A DNA stretch of 64,000 bases. Origin: Cenococcum geophilum (lineage: Eukaryota). Numbering within the stretch: position 1 is the first letter of the stretch; every line of letters begins with the position of its first letter. The stretch lies in NCBI GenBank assembly GCA_050273025.1, contig CP158635.1, positions 310,001 to 374,000 on the forward strand, given 5' to 3'. Of this stretch, positions 52,501-63,796 are shown one piece after another. The notes beneath the pieces were generated by a model. The model saw nothing but the letters and a program-made list of their open reading frames with translations. It had not been told where the DNA came from and searched no databases. Both the position numbers and the translations under genes were made by a program.

Positions 52501-55100
52501 TAGGGTTTATCCTAATTTAGTAGAAAGCTTAGTAGATATTAAGTTTGGTAAAGATCTTTACCTAGCTTAGATATATAAGGGTCTAATTAATTAAAGAAAT
52601 AGAATACTAGTCCTTTTAAGTAATAGCGTTTAGCTTTTATAAAAATAAAGGCCTTTACTAGGCTTTTTTATAAATAGGATAGGGGAAGTAAAAGGGGCTT
52701 AACTTAGCTTAATAAACCCTTTATTTAGGTTATTAATTAAGTACTACTTTATTACTTTTAGCTTATCTATTAATTATTAGTAGAGGGGGCTATAGCCTAG
52801 CGAGTTATTAGCTTCTAATTAAATCTTATAATTATATATTTAGTAAGGGGGTAACTTATCTAAGGCTACTTTTAAAAATATATCCTTATAATCTATATAA
52901 ATAGTAAAAAGGAGGCGTTTAACTAGTTTCTTGTCGGTTTCCTTAGCTAGCTTTTCCTCCCTATTATTAATAATTTGGTTAATCTTATATAGGCTTATTA
53001 TAAAGACCTTATTATCCTTCTAGCATATATTAAAGTGGAATACTATAGCCCTAATTACGGTAATATTTACTATAGGGGGTTATATAATAATAGGGGCGTA
53101 TATAACCTTAGAGGCTTTTAGGGTACTAGCGTCATTATTACTCCTTTTAGCTTCTATTGTATCTTTTAAAGGTTATCCCTTATATCCTATTAATACATTC
53201 TTTTTTATACCGGTTAGATCTACGCGATTTAGATATTATCTATATTACTATCTATCCCCGCTTCTATATATAGAGTCCTCTTTAGATATAATACTTTAGA
53301 AGAGTATCTTTATTAATATAGAGTTCTTTCTCGCTTTTTAGCGGGCGTCTTTTTAGGTAAAGGCTAGGTTACGGGCCTAAATATCCTACTAGTAGGTAGG
53401 GTTAGCCTTTATAGCTAGTGTCTTATAATTAGTTCGGATTTCCCTAATAAAGGAAGGTAGTTTTAGTCTATCCTCTAACTAAATAAATTGTCTTTATTAT
53501 ACGTTTAACTAAATATTAAAATAGGATATCTATTTTCGGCTAAGGATTATATTATAGAACCCTAGGTCTAGGATATAGAAAGTGTTCGTACTAACTTAAT
53601 AGCACGAGTGAGTCAGATCCAGGGGCACGAAATACGTATAGTATTGTATACTCGTTTGGATAATAGTGACTGTCGATTATATAAAGCAGACTACGTGGTC
53701 TATATACTAATGCACCTCCCCCCTAATTAGTCAGTGCTTCATAAGTGCACCAGACGCGTAAGCGAGTGGTTGGTGCACTAAACGCGTAAACGCGTACCTG
53801 GTGTACCGAACGCGTAAGCACGCGGTTAGTACAACAGGTGCTGTAATTATACACTAGCGGTACTTGAAAAATGAAACCACCTGTATACAGCCTCCGTAAT
53901 TACTTTAATAAAACCATAAAATATAAAAGAAATACGCAAGAAATAAAACTGTAAAACATAAGAAATACATAGGAGATTCCTCCGTGTAGTAGGTGCTATA
54001 ATTATACACTAGCGGTACTTAAAAATAGAACCGCTTGTGTATAGCCTCCGTAATTTACTTTAATAAAACCATAAAATGCAAAAGAAATATATAGGAAATT
54101 CCTTCCCGAGGTACCGGTGCTCTAAGTTGGCCGTAAGTCCTGCTTACGGTCCGTAAAATAAACCGTACGGCCTTCCGACGGGCCGTAAACGAACCATACG
54201 GCCTTCCAATAGGCCGTAAATAAACCGTAAGTCCTGCTTACGGTTGTAAAGTAAACCGTATAGCTTTCCGATGGGCCGTAGACGAACCGTACGGCGATTA
54301 ACCGACTTACTTGTACCATTTTCCTTGTCTCCCTTTCTCTTTACCCGTTCGGTGACCTATAGCTTAACTATATTTGGCTATTGCCTTCCGTATTATAGCT
54401 ACTTAATCCGTAATAGATAGGGTAGGAGGGTCTAGGTTGCTTATCCTTAGGTAGGCTCCGTAAACCAAAAGGGTAGGTACCAGTCCGTCTGGGCTAGCGG
54501 TATTGTTAACGGCTTTTACGGCCATCTGTAAAGCCAGTTCCTTTTAGATATCCCTATACTCGTCCATAATAATCCGGTAGGCTCTCCATAAAGCTAGGTA
54601 AGCTTACTTAATAAGCCTAACGGGCTAATACACCTTAACTGGAACGGCTTTTGTTAAAGTAGCCATGGCCGTAGCATAGCTTTTTGGCTGGTGTGTGGCC
54701 GAAGCAGTGGTGCAGGCGGTGGATCTTAGCACTGGTAGGGTAGCACGGGTTGTAGTTAAAAGATTCTTGAATGTAGGTTAAGCTCAAGGGGTGGTTGAAA
54801 CAGCGGTGTAGGCGGTGGATTTTGGTACTACTGGCGGTAGCGGCGGTCCATAAAGTGGGCATCTAAGTCAGTTTGTGGGTTTTATAGGTCTGTAGCGAAG
54901 GCTTAAGTACTGCCTAGCGGGTGTAAAACTTCGTACGTTGCAATAGAGGGCCATTAACTGACTTGTTAAATTGTAGGCGATTGCGTAAGGACCAAGTCCT
55001 TTCCGCCTTATAGAACGTCTCTCTCTGTTACAACCGCAGGAATATCCTTTTTAAGTAGTTTATTAATCTCCTTGCGTCGTAAGTCCGTAAAAGGTTTTCC

Positions 55101-56642
55101 TTATACTAGAATTGATATATCCGCAGGCGGAGATTGCCTTACAGATATGTCTGCGGAGGTTAGGTAATTCTCCGTTACGGGGTTCTTAGTTACGGGGTTC
55201 TTTCGGGGGTGTCCTTGGCTACGCTTTATAGCAGGTTTAGCAGGTTTAGTGTTGGCAGTACCAGGGTGAAGATACTGGGCGGGAGGAAGACTAGGTGGGG
55301 TGAGGGCAGTTGCCGCAGGCAGTGATTGCTGGGTGGGTTGTGGAGGTTCGTACGAGCTTAGCTGCCGTGGCTCCTTGGTTTTGGTTAACGAAGAGGGTGA
55401 AGCTGGCGGAGTTTGCGCGGACGTAGCTTGTATAGGCGGAGCTTGCGCTGATAGACCTTGCGCGGGCGGAGCTTGTACGGATGGAGCTTGTATAGGCGGG
55501 GCTTGCGCGGACGAAGCTTGTGTGGGCGGAGCTTGTGTATGCGGAGCTTGCGCAGACGGAGCTTGTATAGGCGGAGCTTGCGCTGACGGAGGTTGGGGTG
55601 GAGCTTGTGCGGACGGAGCTTGTACGGGCGGAGCTTGTACGGGCGGAGCTTGTATAGGCGGGGCTTGCGTAGGCGGAGCTTGTACGGACGGAGGTTGTGC
55701 GGACGGAGCTTGCATTGATGAAGCTTGTGCGGACGGAGCTTGCGTGGGCGGAGCTTGCGTGGGCGGAGCTTGTGTAGACGGAGCTTGTATGGGCGGAGCT
55801 TGCGCTGACGGAGCTTGTGCGGACGGAGCTTGTGGGGACGGAGCTTGTACGGACGGAGCTTGCACGGGCGGAGCTTGTATAGGCGGAGCTTGCGCAGACG
55901 GAGCTTGTATGGACGGAGCTTGCGTGGGCGGAGGTTGCGTAGGCGGAGCAGTTGTAATGTTTGATTGAGGCTCTGGTGACTGAGCTGGGGTAGGAAGGCT
56001 GGGTAGAGGATCGTCCTTCGAGGCTTGCGGGCTTATTGTATTCTCTTGATCGTTTGCTTGGTCTTGATTTCCGCTGGAGTCTACCTGTCGATTTCCAGAG
56101 TCCACCTGAGTCTCGTCCTTATCTGACGTCTTAATAGTCTCTTCCTTTGATGTCTCGTCCAGTTCTTCCTTTGACGTTGTATATGGCAAAAGTCCTATTT
56201 CTCCAGGCAATGGTGGATTTGTAAGTATTGAAGGTCCTATAAAGATCCAGTTGAGTTTATAAGAGGCAAAGAATCCATTAGTATTAATGTGGTCTAGGAC
56301 TTCCTCTTTAGTCCATTCCGTTTGGTCCTTCTTATATATTGTGTTGTACAAGGACCGTGTAATAGTAACCCGTTTATCCTTCTTAACCTATACGCCTTAG
56401 TAACGTAAAAGGGTTTATAGGTTGTAAATAACTGCAAAGTCGCAGGCCTTAAAAGTAGCTTCCGTAAAGTCCGTAAAGTCTTCCTGGTATTATTCCCACA
56501 GGTCATCGTTCATAAGCTTAAAGTATCTATATTTAAGGATTTTGAACTTAATATAGTCGTTAACATCAGGTATAGACTTAATGTCGACTCCCTGCCTCCA
56601 CTTTCTTTAACCTTCATCGACTTGCTTACTGATGTCTGCCAT
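55101..56642 (-). pseudogene. gag N-terminus fused to a Pro/Gln-rich repeat and the IN-RT linker; 416-codon open segment at 55101-56351
   Basis: ATG at 56642 is in frame with the track ORF, which begins at TTG. RIP-type stops lie upstream of 56351 and at 55101. Both ends are homologous to GalEa-2. Confidence 0.7.
55405..55950 (-). repeat. 15-bp minisatellite, ~36 units, encoding QAP[P/S]x
   Basis: Plus-strand unit GGCGGAGCTTGT/CNNN; units counted from the translation. Confidence 0.95.
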
Positions 56643-57501
56643 ACTGTGTAGCATAGTGTAGTACGTAGTGGGTGGAAGAGGTCTTGTAGTGGTCCGTAAA
56701 GGCGGTTGATGTCCGTAGCGGTTCATAGAAGGGTGAGGGTGTCCGTAAGGGGTCTTGACAGGTCCGTAGTAGTTCGCAGAGGGGTAGGAGGTCTCCGTAA
56801 CGGTCCGTAAAGGTGATTAACGAGTCCGTAACGGTTCGCAGAAGGGTAGGGGGTCTCCGTAAGGGGTCTGAAAAGACGTCGGAGGTATTGAAAGAGGGTA
56901 TAGTAGGGATAGGGGTTCGAGGTTTAAGGGTAGGGGGTTCCGTACAGGTCTGTATTCGCGTCTATTATACTTCCGGTAAACCGTACTAAGACTTGAATAA
57001 GTATATAGAGTTAGTGATAGTCCGTAATCCCCGACTTCCGACCTTCCAGCAGGTCGTACTAGGAGTCTGAACGGGTGGTCGCTGTCAAGTATCGCTCGGG
57101 GGAGGTGTCGAGTAATTGCTGATCTGTGCGCGCTCACTAATCAGTGTTCGTACTAACTTAATAGCACGAGTGAGTCAGATCCAGGGGCACGAAATACGTA
57201 TAGTATTGTATGCTCGTTTGGATGATGGTGACTGTCGATTGTATGAAGCAGACTACGTGGTCTATATACTGATGCACCTCCCCCCTAATTAGTCAGTGCT
57301 TCATAAGTGCACCAGACGCGTAAGCGAGTGGTTGGTGCACTGAACGCGTAAACGCGTACCTGGTGTACCGAACGCGTAAGCACGCGGTTGGTACAACAGG
57401 TGCTGTAATTATACAGAAAGGAATACTATATTAGTGTTGTCTGTTAAGAGCGATATATAACTTTAAAATATAGGTAACTAGCTAACTAGCTTAGCCGTTA
57501 T

Positions 57502-57629
57502 CCCTTAACCCGTTAGAGTCCTACACTAAGGTCGCTTAAATTCATGACTAGATTTCATTGGGTGTCTTTCGCTAATCTAGGTACTTTAATTGGCTGATAA
57601 TCATTGGACGAATTTCAACGGGTTAAGGG
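57502..57629. mobile_element. 128-bp MITE
   Basis: 13-bp TIR CCCTTAACCCGTT; removing it with one AT restores GCCGTTATAGC, as in the Gypsy C homologue. Confidence 0.85.
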
Positions 57630-57760
57630 ATAGCTTTTTACCTAAATAGGCTTCTCTAATTAGATGGCTTTTATATTTAGAAATTTGGTAACGTTATTTA
57701 TATAAGCAGTATTTATAAAGGCGAAGCTATTTACTCTAGTATTAATAAGGGCGGTTATAT

Positions 57761-57991
57761 TGTGGTGGTGTAGATTGGACGATTAGCATTTTCCTGTATT
57801 TATACAGCCTTCGGCTTCCTTCCTTCTTTCCTCCTATATATATATTACGACCTTACCAGTTACCGGAAATACACTCTTTTCTTTCTTTCTTACTGACTGT
57901 TCTACTGACTGATTAGGACTGACCGACCGACCGACAAACAGACTAACAGCACTGTGACTTTCCCATCTTAGAGAGGTCGTACCCTCCCACA
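57761..57991 (+). mobile_element. Solo LTR (231 bp) related to the 1860-9050 LTR family
   Basis: TGTGGTGG...CCCACA termini; 4-bp TSD ATAT; shares GCATTTTCCT, TACCGGAA..ACA.TCTTT, GACCGA repeats and TGTGACTT with 1860-2095. Confidence 0.9.
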
Positions 57992-58852
57992 ATATTTACT
58001 CTATATCTATTTTAAGATACTATATATAAAACAGTAAAATGCTTTTCACCTATTAACTAACTAAGATTAATCTCTTTAAAATTAATAGGGTATCTTAGGG
58101 GGGAGTCTTTTTCTAGGGTTTTTCTTTTCCTAACTTATTAAACATTTCTCCTTCCTCTATCTCCTTAATATCGCCTATATTCATTAGCTTTAGGCAAAAT
58201 AAGGTAAATTAATCCTTCTTATTATAGTTATAGCACATAACTAAAGTAGGGTTAATTAGGGTATTATAATAAGTACTAGTTAATAGTGTAGTATATAGCT
58301 AGTTAGGTAAGGCTTGCTAGTACGTAGATATAACCGCTTTTAGTATAAGAGCCATTATAGCTTATCTTCCTACTCTAGCTCCTATAGGTATAATTAATAA
58401 GTTTTAACTACTATAAGCCCTTTTTTATTAATTAAAACGGGTATTAATTTGCTTTAGTTTTCAGTTAAGTAATAGATATTAGGCTATAAGTTTTAGTAGG
58501 TTAGTAGGTTATTTAAGGCTACTGTAATCTTCTTTTATAGTTAAACTGTTAGCTTATTATATAGGTTTAAATAGTAGTTCTTAAGGGGAACGTAGCCTTT
58601 ACTCGCTAGGTATAGAAATTAAGTTTAAAACTTAGTAAAGGATTAGTTTAACTTTATTACTAAGCTATTATAGTTATAACGCGTATTTTATGCTTTATTT
58701 AGGTTTATATAAATATTTTAAACTTATATTTCAATATAAAATAACTGTATTTTTTTTCATATAAAGCTTAATTTACTATTTAATAAGCCATATTTAAAAT
58801 TTTATATAAATAACTACAGTAGTTCTTAAGTTATAAGTATTTTGGTGGGGTA

Positions 58853-59200
58853 ATATTGATACCGTACACGAGGTGGGACCGTACACGAGGTGGCCCATAC
58901 TTCTATTATATGGGCCACCGCTAAAACGTACATTTGACAATGAGGAAGTAGATAAGTTGGTAGGAGAGCCTTGCGAAAGGGTGCCGCTCAAGGAAGCAGT
59001 AAAGGCCTAACTTGTTGCTACTGTTGCCGTAGAGGCAGCTGCTTAGGTAGAGGACGGTGTGACTGATGAGGAGGAAGAGAAGCTAGATAAGCAACTATAA
59101 GAATAAGGTTATTTGTGAGGTATAATATAGGTAGCTTTTAGTGAGTTATTCTACATCTACCCTTCCTTTTGCAACACCACGCTAACGCCAAGCTTTTCTA
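58853..59200. mobile_element. Probable pogo/Fot1-like remnant
   Basis: Tandem ACCGTACACGAGGTGG pair at 58861-58893 resembling a pogo TIR repeat, followed by an acidic coding-like scrap. No partner TIR found. Confidence 0.35.
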
Positions 59201-59217
59201 TATTTAGTATATAAATG

Positions 59218-59317
59218 CACTGGAGCTCCATGGAGCTCCTGAAGTCAAACAATTTACTAGCTGGATGGAGTGGATCTGAGCTCAGATCCACTCCACTCCA
59301 GTCCAAAAAGATCACTG
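59218..59317. mobile_element. Orphan DNA-transposon end with TGGAG/CTCCA palindromic repeats (hAT-like)
   Basis: 30-bp perfect palindrome TGGAGTGGATCTGAGCTCAGATCCACTCCA at 59266-59295; ends in GATCACTG (CAGTG-type terminus). Confidence 0.45.
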
Positions 59318-59539
59318 CAAGGGTGTCAGGTCTAGATAGCTATGTCTGGAGTTGAAAGGGGGGAGAGCCAACTGAGAAAATCCAAAGTCACTCAAGGACC
59401 GTAGTTGAATGGTTAAACAAATATTTTCATTTCAGGTCCAAGCTAAACACAACACATACTTACTGACTTTGTAAGAACAAGCGCTAGCGCCGAAAAGTCA
59501 ATTAGTAGATTTAAAACACACATCAAACACAGCCTTAAT

Positions 59540-62500
59540 CAGTGTGTTCGACAGGCAAGCCGCTCGACGAGCGCGCCTGCGATTGATTGATTAATAAGCA
59601 ATCAATCGCAACCAGGAATTGTCATTAAGTAATTAATCGCAACCAGGAATTCTCATCAAGCGCCTGCGATTGATTGATATAAAATCTTACTAACGGAGGG
59701 ATGGTTCATGATAGACTTTTGGTATTAAGGTGTACGATTTTAATGAGGTGTGCAGTATTAATCTAATTAGATTGCTTGGGAATGCAGCAATTAAATACGC
59801 CAAGATTAATAGGTTTAGCGTAGTCTACCACTAGAACGCGTTTTATTAGTTATATTTACTTACGCCTGTCCCTATAGAGTTTTCTTAATTATCTTCCAAC
59901 CTCTATTACCTTAACTACCTCTAATATTATGCCTCTTAACCCCTTCTAATAAGCCAAACAAAGGCCTAAAACCTCGCCCTTACCCTTACCGTCTTTATTA
60001 TTATCAAATTTAACACCGTTAACGCATAATTCCCCTATTCTAATTAACGACGCGCCTAAATTATAGGGTAGTAAGGTGCCCGAAACACCTACTCTACCTT
60101 AACTAACTCCATTAAATATATAACTGGGTAACGCTATAGCTTCTTATATCTTTACGATTAAGTAGAATAAGCTTTGCCATAATTTAAACCTATTAAAAGA
60201 ACCTTACTATTAAGCCAGGCACAAGCGGCACGTTAATACTGGTTTTACACCCTTACCAATCTATAGGCATAGTGCAGATATTAAGGATAAAGAGGGTAGG
60301 CGCTAGTGGGTTTATAAGCTCTACTATATCTCTAAACGATACTAGGAGGGCGTATATCTATTAAAAAGTACTACTAAAGCAGCAAGGCATATAAGAAAAT
60401 GGCATAATATTATTATTACACGAGACAGCAAAAACGTTAAATTATTAACGTCTCTACCAGGCAGCCCTTTTAAAGTTGCCATTACCGCAACTCTAAAGCC
60501 TACTACTAAATCTAAAGCAGCGAACTCTTAAATACTATTTAATAGCGAGAAATATAATCAGAACTATATAGATTAGATTATTACTAATAATGTAACCTTT
60601 TGGCAGGTATGCAGCTTACGGCTTAAGAAGCTACTTACTATACCTTATTTAGCTGCTACCTTAGCTAGCACTATTAGCGAATAGGTGCTTAAAGCTCTAC
60701 CTAAGTAATGGCTTATAATCAAAGGCCTTCTAAAAAAGAGTATTAGTAAGGTTAATATTAGTAGCGACCTTTAGACGGGAGAAAATAAGCGTAATTACGT
60801 TGGCGTTGTTGCTTACTAGATTAGTAAGTTTAACTTCTATATTAATAAGTTATCGCTTACCTAAATTAGCTACTAAAGGTAACCTTTCTACCACCCTTAT
60901 TAGCCTCCCTTAATTAATTGGCTCCTATACCAGCTCTAACATTACGTAATTAATTATAGATATAATTATAAAATATTATATAGAGGATAATATTGGCGCC
61001 TTTATAATGGATAACGCCAAAAATAATAATAAGCTTATAGAAACGATTATAATAATATTTTTAACTATAGATCTAAAATAGGCTTAACTTCAGTACGCTA
61101 GACATATTATTAACCTTATTATTAAGGCCGCGCTCTTTAGTAAAGGTATAAGCAAGCTTTAAAAGTAAATTGCTAGTGTAGGTACTAATAATATCTTCTA
61201 AATCTAGAGTAAGATAGGGCTAATTGGTAGAGTAAAGATAATTACGGTATATATTAGATAAACTAATTAGCGGTAAATGGCCTTTTAGAACTACTAGACT
61301 AACTATAAGGAAGGTAATAAGAAAGTCTTCTATCTAAAACTCTTAAAAGATGGTGGAGTACGCTAGAACGCTATATATATAATAATTAAGAGAGGTATGT
61401 TCTAATGTAATTGTTTCCTTTTAGGTGGGGTTCTATATAAAGTTTAGTCGTTGCTAAATATTCTACTTAACCTCTACCATTCTCTACCACCTTATTATAT
61501 CATTAAACTACCTTTAGCGCGCGTAGATACAGCCTATAGCTTACCCCTCCACTAGTAGATTTAATGGAATTTAATAGCGATAACGCTTAGCCTCTTACCA
61601 TTAAATTGCTTAAAAATAAACTTTTGCTAACTTCTTACGTCTAATAGTACTTAAACTTTAGAACCCTATTAAACTCTACTAAACCCGCTGGGTTAAGCCT
61701 ACCGATAAAAATACGTATAATCTCTTACAGGACTTTCTTATAAATAAGGACTTTAAGATACTAAAGAAGTTTAAGTAACTTAAGCCTTTTAAGACTCTTA
61801 CTAATAAACTATAAGGTAACGTAAACGCCAGAGGCTTTAAGGGCTCTTATAGTGCAGTTTAGGAGGTCCTTTAAAGTATAAACTATATATTTAAGGTCCT
61901 ATAACGAGCTAATAATAAGATTAAGGCGTCGCCGGTGGAGTACTTGGAGTACTATAAAGTAGGAGTTTATTACGTATATATAAAGCTTATTAAATATTTT
62001 AGCCTTACTAACTAAACACCTATCTACTAAGCAGTAATTGTCCTCTACTTAGCCTATAAGTTTAACTACTTTAAATAGGAGTGGGCCAGTAAGGCTGTAT
62101 GGTAATTATAATGTAAGAAAGATGTTACTGCGTTATATAAGCAGTATAAGGAGAAGTATACGCAGTTAAAGGATAAGGAGGATAATAAGCCGGTTACTCC
62201 TAAGCGGCTTATATATAAGAAGCGTCGTAATTTAGATTTGTTATTATTAGGCGAAGAAGGCTTTAACTTTTATAGTATGCTTACTAGTGAATATAGAGCT
62301 CGCAAGCGTTAAAGACTTAAATCTAAACTTAAGCGCTTTACTAAAGATACCCCCACTAAAGCTGAATAATATATTGTTAACCCGCTGGCTTATTAGTAAG
62401 GTATTAAGCACGTCTATCCAATCCTCTATTGTATAGCAATGGACCTCTTTTCTATACTAGCGATAAGCTCTAAGTGCGAGCGTAAGTTTAGCTCTGCTAA

Positions 62501-62857
62501 TAACGTAATTACTAATAACCGGAACCGCCTGGCTAATAAGACGATTAAGGCGCTGGAGCTTTAGAAGAGCTAGTTAAATAAAGGGCATTTAGAAAAGGAT
62601 GAGGATAAATAAGGAGTATAGGGAGGACTTATTTTTGGAGTGTATATTTACTATATAAGGCAAAGCTCTGCTAAAAAAAATCTAGTACCCAGATTCTCTA
62701 TCACGGACTACCCAATTGGGTAATTCTTGGCAATCAATCGCAATCATTTCAATCAATCAGCTAATTCTCATCAGTCGATCAATCGCAACCAGGATTTTGG
62801 CCAATCAATCGCAACCGGGGGTCCCTGCCTGCGATTGATTGCCTGTCGAACACACTG
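59540..62857 (+). mobile_element. hAT DNA transposon 2, full length, RIP-inactivated
   Basis: 19-bp TIR CAGTGTGTTCGACAGGCAA; TSD GCCTTAAT/GCCTCAAT; AATCAATCGCAACC subterminal repeats; transposase remnants SSDLWTG, VRWNA, IPAMSSECERxFS. Confidence 0.93.
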
Positions 62858-62869
62858 GCCTCAATCGCA

Positions 62870-63796
62870 CTACAGCTGCGCTAGATGCATACCGTGTGAG
62901 TTACTACCCACAGAAGCGCTGGCAGCCTGAAGTTTTGAACATTCTTGCCATAGACGGATGACGGTATCCCAATACTTTTGTTCGTTCCCAATAACATGCG
63001 CGACATGCTTTGTACCCTCGAATTTAACCGTGTGCACCGGCCAATCCAATTTCTTCGCATCCCCTGCATGATGCTCCACGGCCTGCCAGTCCACAATGCT
63101 ATCCTCTCTCGAGTACAAGTAGCATCTTGGTATCTTTGGCATGAGGGCTGGGTCGTTGAGATCTCGCGCAATGACCTCGCCGACATTATCGATGCGAAAG
63201 ACATGTTGCAGAATCCAAACCCAAGACGTAGCCAAGTGGACCAAAACGGTGCCAACGCTACGCAACAGCACATTTCGCGGTAGGCCTTGAAGCAGTGCTG
63301 GCATAACCCGCCAATATTCCCCGCGCTCCGGCGCGCTGTCCAGTATCATGCCTGTGAGCGGCAGAGAGCCTCCTTGCTCCTTCTTCCACAGTCTGGCCAA
63401 TTGACAAGTCTGTTGAGCCCCGCCGTTGGAAAAGAGATGAAGCAGGATTTTGGGTTTCTCGGTTTTGGAAAGACACGCACGTATTGTGTCGGCCGCCGGT
63501 TTCAGCTGCCACTGTTGGAGGGGTGACGGACGGTAGAGAAGGTCTGCTAGCACACTCCTGATGAGGAGTATCCTCGCAGAAGGGAAGAGCTTCTGGTATG
63601 GGGAAATATACTTGTGGATGTGTCGTGGCTCGGAGTCCATCCACGGAGCTAAGATAATGAGGTTTGGTGCTTCGAGGGATTCCGGCGTCGTAGGCCTATG
63701 TGGAGGAGTATATAGGGATATCATCGGATTAAGTGGCATGAAGCCATCAAGCGGCTTGCCAGTTGCTCCGTCAGTAGGCTGACTTATTTTGCCCAT
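62870..63796 (-). CDS. DUF829 / TMEM53 / PaxU-like alpha/beta-hydrolase-fold protein (308 aa)
   Basis: Intact, non-RIPed ORF with family motifs WM.S, HLFSNGG, LDSAP, YLYSREDSIVDW and HVAH. First ATG at 63796; the track's 63901 start is TTG. Confidence 0.88.
   Translation of the reverse strand: MGKISQPTDGATGKPLDGFMPLNPMISLYTPPHRPTTPESLEAPNLIILAPWMDSEPRHIHKYISPYQKLFPSARILLIRSVLADLLYRPSPLQQWQLKPAADTIRACLSKTEKPKILLHLFSNGGAQQTCQLARLWKKEQGGSLPLTGMILDSAPERGEYWRVMPALLQGLPRNVLLRSVGTVLVHLATSWVWILQHVFRIDNVGEVIARDLNDPALMPKIPRCYLYSREDSIVDWQAVEHHAGDAKKLDWPVHTVKFEGTKHVAHVIGNEQKYWDTVIRLWQECSKLQAASASVGSNSHGMHLAQL

Larger units (their letters stand above)
53583..57415 (-). mobile_element. Non-autonomous GalEa derivative 3 (3.8 kb), related to GalEa-2
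   Basis: 271-bp LTRs at 53583-53853 and 57145-57415; TSD GAAAG; CTGATTAGT site; interior holds the gag N-terminus, a repeat array and short pol scraps. Confidence 0.93.
12186..58714 (-). mobile_element. Gypsy chromovirus B, scaffold of the nest; 5' end lost, split into seven pieces
   Basis: Pieces rejoin at TSDs: 3' LTR, PPT and UTR 12186-12531; chromodomain 24069-24585; integrase 41014-41685; IN-RH-RT-PR 50908-53582; PR and gag 57421-57501, 57632-57760, 57996-~58714. The LTR segment 12186-12260 and the RT region are homologous to Gypsy C. Confidence 0.85.

Noticed and set aside
2057..54862. Remaining 60-110-aa track ORFs
   Set aside because: Stop-free fragments of RIPed transposon genes (e.g. 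20221, 25985, 34299, 35472, 37233, 48465) or chance frames; not independent genes.
55405..55950. CRISPR-like array
   Set aside because: Head-to-tail 15-mers without unique spacers, in a eukaryotic retroelement.
55300..55968. 222-aa Gly/Cys/Ala-rich plus-strand ORF
   Set aside because: Antisense shadow of the 15-bp array; it starts at GTG, and the opposite frame is continuous with gag.
62727..63782. Short ORFs overlapping the DUF829 gene or the hAT-2 end
   Set aside because: Alternate-frame or antisense by-products with no recognisable motifs.
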